This document shows positions 26,561 to 32,000 of a stretch of DNA of 32,000 bases, piece by piece (within the stretch, counting starts at the first letter, position 1; each line of letters opens with the position of its first letter). The translations under genes were made by a program, and so were the position numbers. The stretch comes from Mycolicibacterium smegmatis (GTDB lineage: Bacteria; Actinomycetota; Actinomycetes; Mycobacteriales; Mycobacteriaceae), in assembly GCF_001457595.1 (NCBI RefSeq), contig NZ_LN831039.1, positions 4,740,001-4,772,000 on the forward strand, read 5' to 3'. Below the pieces are notes generated by a model that saw only the letters and a list, made by a program, of their open reading frames with translations, was not told where the DNA came from and made no database searches.

Positions 26561-27091
26561 ATGAACCAACCACATCCCGGCAACCAGTGGCAGCATGTGC
26601 CTTCCCAAGTTCAATACGGCCAGCCGTATCCGCCTGGCTACTACCCGCCGCCTCCCCCACCACCGAAGAAGCGCAAGACCTGGCTCTGGGTCTTGGTCGC
26701 GCTCGTCGCGGTCGTCGTGATGGTGGCCGGCGGCGTGGTCGCGTACTCCGTGCTCGGTGACGCCACCAACACCTCGGACGAACCCGCAGCGGCCGACTCC
26801 ACCGTCATGCCCGTAACGCTGACGATGGAAGTCACCGGCACGGGATCTTCCGCGTTGGTCGCGTACTCCGACGGACTCGCCCCACCTGGTGACTACGCCG
26901 AGGTGGCGTTGCCCTGGACATACGAGGGCACTGGTGTGCCAGAAACTGCGTTTTACCTCATGGTGAAGCCCACCGCGGCAGGCGACACCGTGACGTGCAA
27001 AGTGACGTTCCAAGGGACGATCCTGGCCGACCAGAGTACGACCGACGATCGCAGGCTGACGTGCAGCGGACTGGTGCCCGGAGCGCGATGA
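26561..27091 (+). CDS. Proline-rich single-pass membrane protein with MmpS-like C-terminal domain (paralog 1)
   Basis: 176 aa. The domain order is a Pro/Tyr/Gln-rich head with PPPPPPPKK, a TM helix (WLWVLVALVAVVVMVAGGVVAY), then TMEVTGTG..ALVAYSD......VALPWT....C.VTFQG......LTC. This resembles the MmpS pattern, including the Cys pair. GAGGGGG Shine-Dalgarno. ATGA overlap with paralog 2. Confidence 0.7.
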   Translation: MNQPHPGNQWQHVPSQVQYGQPYPPGYYPPPPPPPKKRKTWLWVLVALVAVVVMVAGGVVAYSVLGDATNTSDEPAAADSTVMPVTLTMEVTGTGSSALVAYSDGLAPPGDYAEVALPWTYEGTGVPETAFYLMVKPTAAGDTVTCKVTFQGTILADQSTTDDRRLTCSGLVPGAR

Positions 27092-27591
27092 ACCAGCCAT
27101 ATCCCGGCCAACCCGGCAACCAGTGGCAGCATCTGCCGCCCCAGGCCTATTACGGCCAGCCTTACCCGCAGGGCTATTACCCGCCGCCTCCCCCACCACC
27201 CAAGAAGAACAAGACCGGGCTGTGGGTGCTGCTCGCACTCCTGGCCGTCATCGTCGTGGTGGCCGGCGGCGTGGTCGCCTTCAAGCTCTATGTGAACCGC
27301 GACTGGACCGCGACCTTCGAGGTCACCGGCACCGGCACGACCGCGACGGTCCGTTACTCGGGGGCCGACAGAGAAACCGTCCGGAAAGACGTCGATCTGC
27401 CGTGGACGCAGGACATCACCTTCAGCGGCAAGGTAAAGGCTTTTGTGCTGGAAGTGTTCCCCTTAGCCGAGGACGAGTCGGTGTCATGTTCGGTCACCGT
27501 GAACGGCGAGGTCGTCGTGGAGAAGACGCGTGCGCCGGGCGAGAAAGTTCTATGCCTGGGCGTCAACCCGGACGCGGGTCGATTCGGCTGA
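27088..27591 (+). CDS. Proline-rich single-pass membrane protein with MmpS-like C-terminal domain (paralog 2)
   Basis: 167 aa with the same architecture as paralog 1: MNQPYPG..NQWQH..PPPPPPPKK, a TM helix, then TFEVTGTGTTATVRYSG....VDLPWT...C.VTVNGE....VLC. The start context gcgcgATGAACCA is shared with paralog 1. It contains rare codons (tta, cta, aga, gta). Confidence 0.7.
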   Translation: MNQPYPGQPGNQWQHLPPQAYYGQPYPQGYYPPPPPPPKKNKTGLWVLLALLAVIVVVAGGVVAFKLYVNRDWTATFEVTGTGTTATVRYSGADRETVRKDVDLPWTQDITFSGKVKAFVLEVFPLAEDESVSCSVTVNGEVVVEKTRAPGEKVLCLGVNPDAGRFG

Positions 27592-27677
27592 GGACACGAC
27601 ACCGTCGGATGTCGACCCTGTAACGATCCGATTCCGCGTGGATATTCACCCAGCGGACGGCCCTAACATCGGCCGGA

Positions 27678-28910
27678 ATGGCTAGTCCGCACCTTGGACG
27701 CCGAATGCGCCCAGGAGGATCGTTGACAGGTCAGCAGCTCGCGATACCGATCTCGGGCACATGCGCGCCCGGATTCGAGAACGTCCGCACGGCATTCGAG
27801 CAGAACTTCGCCGAGCACGGCGAGGTCGGCGCGGCCGTTGCTGTCTGGGTCGAGGGCGACCTCGTCGTCAACCTGTGGGGCGGGCACGCCGACGCGGCGC
27901 GCACCCGCCCGTGGCGTGAGGACACCCTGGCGAGCGTCTACTCGGGCTCGAAGGGCCTGGCGTCGACGTGTATCCATCTGCTCGCCGACCGCGGCGAGAT
28001 CGACCTCGACGCGCCCGTCGCGCAGTACTGGCCCGAGTTCGCGCAGGCCGGCAAGCAGGACATCACGGTCGCGTCCGTGCTTGCGCACCGCTCCGGGACG
28101 ATCGGCCCGCGCGAACCGATGGACTGGCGCGACGTGACCGAATGGGACGCGGTGTGCGCCCGCATCGCCGAAGCCGAGCCGTGGTGGGAACCGGGCACCG
28201 CGCAGGGGTACCAGGTGGTGACGTTCGGGTTCATCCTCGGTGAGCTGGTGCGGCGCGTCACGGGCCGCACGCTGGGCCAGTACCTGCGCACCGAGATCGC
28301 CGAGCCGCTGGGCGCCGACGTCCACATCGGGCTGCCGCCCCACGAGCATCACCGGTGCGCGGAGATGGTGAACAAGCCGACCGTGCGTGGGGTACTCGCC
28401 GATTTCGGGCTGCCCCGGCCGAGATCGCTCGACGACCATCCGATGGCGGGGTTCGCGGTGTCGATGGACTTCGTGCCCGACGACGAACTCGGCGTCCACG
28501 ACATCGGCGCATGGCGCGCGGCGGAATTCCCGAGCACCAACGGGCACGTGTCCGCGCTGGGCATGGCGACGTTCTACAACGCGCTGGCCCAGGAGAAACT
28601 GCTGAGCCGCGAGCTCATGGAGCGGGCCCGGATCTCGCAGGGCGGTTTCGACACCGATCTGGTGCTCGGCCCGCGCGTGGCCGACCACGGCTGGGGCCTG
28701 GGCTACATGCTCAACCAGCGCGGTGTGGCGGGGCCGAACCGGCGCACGTTCGGCCACGGCGGCTCGGGCGGATCGTTCGCGTTCGTCGACCTGGAGTACC
28801 GCATCGGCTACGCGTACGTGATGAATCACTTCGACGCGACGAAGTGCAACGCCGATCCGCGAACGGTCGCGCTGTCCAACCAGGTTTACTCAGCTCTCGG
28901 CGTAATCTGA
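27678..28910 (+). CDS. Beta-lactamase-fold serine esterase/lipase (LipP-like, class C/EstB type)
   Basis: 410 aa. The S-x-x-K nucleophile motif is YSGSKGL and the C-terminal motif is HGGSGGS. Its position after tRNA-Gly matches the M. tuberculosis glyV-lipP arrangement as I recall it. Confidence 0.85.
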   Translation: MASPHLGRRMRPGGSLTGQQLAIPISGTCAPGFENVRTAFEQNFAEHGEVGAAVAVWVEGDLVVNLWGGHADAARTRPWREDTLASVYSGSKGLASTCIHLLADRGEIDLDAPVAQYWPEFAQAGKQDITVASVLAHRSGTIGPREPMDWRDVTEWDAVCARIAEAEPWWEPGTAQGYQVVTFGFILGELVRRVTGRTLGQYLRTEIAEPLGADVHIGLPPHEHHRCAEMVNKPTVRGVLADFGLPRPRSLDDHPMAGFAVSMDFVPDDELGVHDIGAWRAAEFPSTNGHVSALGMATFYNALAQEKLLSRELMERARISQGGFDTDLVLGPRVADHGWGLGYMLNQRGVAGPNRRTFGHGGSGGSFAFVDLEYRIGYAYVMNHFDATKCNADPRTVALSNQVYSALGVI

Positions 28911-28960
28911 CGCCTGCTCGCACCCCGAGAATCGCGCTTTCCTGTGGGTAGGCTGGGCGC

Positions 28961-29779
28961 ATGAACGGCGTCCTGCTGCTACTCATCGTCCTTGTCATCG
29001 GAGCGATCGCGTTCGCGGTCTACAGCTCGTCTCAGGCGACGGGGCGGCGCGCCGCGGAGTCACTGGCCGACGCCAAGGCCGACGCACGTCGCGTCATCGA
29101 GCGCCTCGGCGGCCAGGTGCTCAACCTCAGCGGCACCGACGACGCCTCCAAGCAGGCACTCGCCGACGCGTCCGAGCGCTACACGGCGGCGGCATCGCAG
29201 ATCGATCAGGCGACGACGGTGAAACAAGCCGCGCTGGCCAAGGAAAGCGCCATCGAGGGTCTGTACTACGTACGCGCCGCGCGCACCGCGATGGGCATGG
29301 ATCCCGGCCCCGAACTGGAAACGCTCGCGGGTCAGAAGTCCGCCGGTGCGGTCACCGAGGACCGCCGCATCAACTTCGAGGGCCGCGAGATCGAGGCCTC
29401 CCCGGCCCCGTCGCCGCGTACCCCCAACTACTACCCCGGCGGCCGCGTCGCAGGCCGCCCGGTGCCGGCAGGCTGGTACTCCGAGCCGTGGTGGAAGCCC
29501 GCGCTGGTCGCCGGCGCGTGGGGCCTCGGGTCGGTGCTGCTGTTCGACGCCCTGTTCTCCGGCATGCACGGCGTCGACTACGGCGCCCAGGGCTTCGAGG
29601 CCGGTTACGGTGACGGCTACGCCGATGGCCTGGCCGCCGGCCAAGACGGTGGCTTCGATGGCGGGGCCGACGCCGGCGGCGACTGGGGCGGCGACACCGC
29701 GGGCGACTGGGGCGGCATGGACACCGGCGGCGGCTGGGGCGATTTCGGCGGCGACTTCGGCGACTTCGGCGGGTTCTGA
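28961..29779 (+). CDS. Hypothetical two-TM membrane protein with a Gly/Asp/Trp/Phe-rich repetitive C-terminal tail
   Basis: 272 aa. It has an N-terminal TM (VLLLLIVLVIGAIAFAVY), an Ala-rich helical segment and a second TM (ALVAGAWGLGSVLLFDALF). The tail reads GDWGGDTAGDWGGMDTGGGWGDFGGDFGDFGGF. Third-position GC is high, consistent with real coding. I did not recognise a family. Confidence 0.6.
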   Translation: MNGVLLLLIVLVIGAIAFAVYSSSQATGRRAAESLADAKADARRVIERLGGQVLNLSGTDDASKQALADASERYTAAASQIDQATTVKQAALAKESAIEGLYYVRAARTAMGMDPGPELETLAGQKSAGAVTEDRRINFEGREIEASPAPSPRTPNYYPGGRVAGRPVPAGWYSEPWWKPALVAGAWGLGSVLLFDALFSGMHGVDYGAQGFEAGYGDGYADGLAAGQDGGFDGGADAGGDWGGDTAGDWGGMDTGGGWGDFGGDFGDFGGF

Positions 29780-29798
29780 CCCGCCTGAAGAGGTCCGC

Positions 29799-31499
29799 TC
29801 AGAGGCGGCTCTCCAGACGGGCCGTGACGCCGGCCTCCTGTAGGTCCAGACGTTCCAGCATGGCCCGCACGGCCTCGTCCTCGATGTGGCCCGCGTCCCG
29901 CTGGTCGATGAGCGCGGCGCGCTGCGCGGCGAGCACTTCCCGGTACAGCGTCGTGAAGGCCGCGGCCCGCTTGATCGGCGCCTCGGGGTCGGGCATCTCG
30001 TCGACGTCCTGGGTGTGCCGGGCGATCCTGATGTAGATCTCTTCCACCAGGGCCGGGTTGAGGTTCGCGGGCGGGTTCGCCTGGAATTCGACCAGGATCT
30101 TCTCGGCAGCGTCGTGTGCGACGCGTTCGGCCTTGACCTCCTCGGCGCGGTCCGCCTCGTGGTCGTCGTTGAAGCGCGAGATGTGCAGCTTGCGGATCAG
30201 CCACGGCAGCGTGGACCCCTGAAGCAGCAGCGTGCCGACGGCGACCACGAACGCGATCGCCTGGATGGTGGCGCGTTCGGGGAACGGTTCACCCGACTCG
30301 GTGTACGCGGGGATCGCGGCGGCGGCCGCCAGCGTCACCACGCCGCGCATGCCGGTCCAGGACAGCACGACGTTCTCCTGCCAGCTCAACGTGCGGCGGT
30401 CGACCATGGTGCGCCAGTTGGCCCTGCGTTTCTTCTTGCGCTGCTTGCGGACGGCCGCGCCGAGCGAACTGCGGCTTCCGTCCGGGGCCGGGACGCTGAG
30501 CTTCTTCTCGACGTGTCTGGACAGCTTGTTGCGGCCGAAGATCGCGAACACCGAAAGCGGCCGGATCACCAGCACGATCAACAGCACCACGGCTGAGGCG
30601 GTGATCACCTCGGTGAGGGACTCGTGCGCCTCGTTGAGATGTTCGAGGACGAACCGCAGGTGCAGGCCGATGTAGGCGAACACGAACGCCTCCAGCAGCA
30701 CGTCCACCGAGTTCCACACGTAGCGTTCCTGCAGGCGGGTCTGGTAGCCCGCACCGAGGTTGCCGTTGCCGACCACGAATCCCGCGACCACGACCGCCAG
30801 CACGCCGGACGCGTGCAGTTCCTCGGCGGTGATGAACGCCGCGAACGGCACCACGAGTCCCTGGACTGTTTCGAGTCCGGGATTGGCCAGGCGCTTGCGG
30901 ATCCACAGCGTGACGTAGCCGAGCACCGCGCCGACGAGCGGGCCGACAGTGGCGCTGTAGCCGAACAGCAGGAGCGGGTTCTCGATGAAGATGTGGCCAC
31001 CGGCGACCTGGGTGACCGCGATGGAGAACAGCGTCAGCGCGGCCGCGTCGTTGATGAGGCTCTCACCGGTCAGGATCGCCATCATGCGTTTCGGCAGACC
31101 GAGCTTGCGGCCCACCGCCACGGCTGTGACGGCGTCCGGAGGCGCCACGATCGCGCCGAGCACCAACGCGGTCCCGAACGTCAACGGCACGATCACCAGC
31201 CAGCTCGACACCGCCGCGACCGCGAACGCCGATACCACGACCAATCCCACGCCCAGGCCGAGGATCGGGCGGATGTGTCGCAAAAACGTCGGGAACGAGA
31301 AGTTCAGTGCCGCGGAGTACAGCAGCGGCGGCAGGACGACGGACAGCAGGATGTGCGAATCGAGTTCGGGAGGTTCGAAATCGGGGAGGAAAGATACCGC
31401 GCTGCCGACCACCACGATCATCAGTGCGGGTTCGAATCCGCGGTGGTGAGCGATGGCTGTGACCAGGATGGCGCCGACGACGACAAGTAACAACTCCAC
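29799..31499 (-). CDS. Na+/H+ antiporter (CPA1 family) with a long cytoplasmic C-terminal domain
   Basis: Start chosen at GTG 31499 (VELLLVVVGAILVTAIA...). There are about 12 TM segments, including the SLINDAAAL motif typical of CPA1 exchangers. The longer 642-aa ORF would overlap the upstream nei gene with a non-membrane extension. Confidence 0.85.
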   Translation of the reverse strand: MELLLVVVGAILVTAIAHHRGFEPALMIVVVGSAVSFLPDFEPPELDSHILLSVVLPPLLYSAALNFSFPTFLRHIRPILGLGVGLVVVSAFAVAAVSSWLVIVPLTFGTALVLGAIVAPPDAVTAVAVGRKLGLPKRMMAILTGESLINDAAALTLFSIAVTQVAGGHIFIENPLLLFGYSATVGPLVGAVLGYVTLWIRKRLANPGLETVQGLVVPFAAFITAEELHASGVLAVVVAGFVVGNGNLGAGYQTRLQERYVWNSVDVLLEAFVFAYIGLHLRFVLEHLNEAHESLTEVITASAVVLLIVLVIRPLSVFAIFGRNKLSRHVEKKLSVPAPDGSRSSLGAAVRKQRKKKRRANWRTMVDRRTLSWQENVVLSWTGMRGVVTLAAAAAIPAYTESGEPFPERATIQAIAFVVAVGTLLLQGSTLPWLIRKLHISRFNDDHEADRAEEVKAERVAHDAAEKILVEFQANPPANLNPALVEEIYIRIARHTQDVDEMPDPEAPIKRAAAFTTLYREVLAAQRAALIDQRDAGHIEDEAVRAMLERLDLQEAGVTARLESRL

Positions 31500-31536
31500 C
31501 CGCAAATTGTGCCGTGCGAACGACCGTCTCGCCCAA

Positions 31537-32000
31537 TCAGGACTGACAGGTGGGGCACCAGAACAGGTTTCGCCCTCCGAGTTCCGCGGTTCGTACGGGT
31601 GTACCACATATGCGGCACGGCTCGCCCGCCCTGCGGTAGACGTAGGTGCGTGGCCGCCCGGTCCGGTAGGACGGGGCGCCGTGGTCGTGTTCGGGCCGGA
31701 CGACGACGATCTTGCCGCGTCGCACACCGACCTTCATGAGCGCGACGAGATCGGTCCACATCGCGTCGAATTCGGCCGCGTCGAGTTGCGTGCCCGGCAG
31801 GTAGGGGTCGATGCCGTGGCGGAACAGCAGTTCGCTGCGGTACACGTTGCCGACCCCGGCCATGACCGTCTGGTCCATCAGCAGCGCGCCGATCGGTCTG
31901 CGTGACTTGGTGATCCGCTTCCAGGCCAGGGACGCGTCGGCGTCGGGGCGCAGCGGGTCCGGGCCGAGTTTGGCGATGACGTCGACGATCTCGGGTTCGG
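31537..32000 (-). CDS. nei: Fpg/Nei family DNA glycosylase (endonuclease VIII-like), C-terminal part; 5' end lies outside the window
   Basis: The H2TH motif is MAGVGNVYRSELLFRHGIDP and the C-terminal zinc finger is CRICGTPV....FWCPTCQ. The frame stays open to the window edge. Confidence 0.85.
   Translation of the reverse strand, partial: EPEIVDVIAKLGPDPLRPDADASLAWKRITKSRRPIGALLMDQTVMAGVGNVYRSELLFRHGIDPYLPGTQLDAAEFDAMWTDLVALMKVGVRRGKIVVVRPEHDHGAPSYRTGRPRTYVYRRAGEPCRICGTPVRTAELGGRNLFWCPTCQS

Noticed and set aside
26413-26760. 115-aa plus-strand ORF spanning the inverted repeat and the start of the first MmpS-like gene
   Set aside because: It begins inside the tRNA terminator region, has no Shine-Dalgarno and reads through the palindrome. 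It overlaps the better-supported MmpS-like frame.
27663-28829. 388-aa minus-strand ORF
   Set aside because: It is antisense to the LipP-like esterase, which carries clear S-x-x-K and HGG motifs. The ORF shows artefact composition.
1-32000. Search for CRISPR arrays, IS elements or transposases, integrases, toxin-antitoxin pairs and known defence-system signatures
   Set aside because: I found no regularly spaced direct repeats, no transposase, integrase or recombinase-like ORFs, and no small adjacent gene pairs of TA type. No nuclease, helicase or methylase clusters were recognisable by eye in any frame.

Overview
This is a high-GC actinobacterial chromosome segment. Gene order and protein sequences look like a fast-growing Mycolicibacterium (M. 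smegmatis-like). Positions 1-15800 form a large inositol/sugar catabolic region. It holds a TIM-barrel/Gfo-Idh-MocA/hydroxypyruvate-isomerase-like operon, an aldo-keto reductase with a divergent AraC regulator, and a minus-strand CUT2-type ABC importer. These are followed by a GntR/HutC (IolR-like) repressor and a translationally coupled iolC-aldolase-iolB-iolD-iolE-iolG-TIM-barrel operon. Positions 15800-21500 carry a LysR regulator divergent from a YdeP/FdhF-type molybdoenzyme plus FdhD, then a solitary GT1/MGT glycosyltransferase. Positions 21500-26400 are the conserved mycobacterial proteostasis locus on the minus strand (tRNA-Pro, tig, clpP1, clpP2, clpX) with a divergent tRNA-Gly(TCC). 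Positions 26400-32000 hold two tandem paralogous proline-rich MmpS-like membrane proteins, a LipP-like beta-lactamase-fold esterase and a Gly/Asp/Trp-tailed membrane protein. A CPA1 Na+/H+ antiporter and the 3' part of a Nei/Fpg glycosylase complete the window. I found no CRISPR array, IS element, integrase or recognisable defence or toxin-antitoxin module. The most unusual segment is the small codon-atypical islet directly downstream of tRNA-Gly, the tRNA used as attB by mycobacteriophage L5. It has two orphan MmpS-like genes, a 22-bp inverted repeat and a degenerate copy of the tRNA T-arm at its far edge. Other points worth a second look are a 22-bp box (20/22 identical) in front of both inositol operons, a LysR palindrome, a ClgR-type box upstream of clpP1, and a 456-bp non-coding gap between clpP2 and clpX. 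All functional calls rest on my reading of the translated ORFs and on motif recognition, since no database search was possible.
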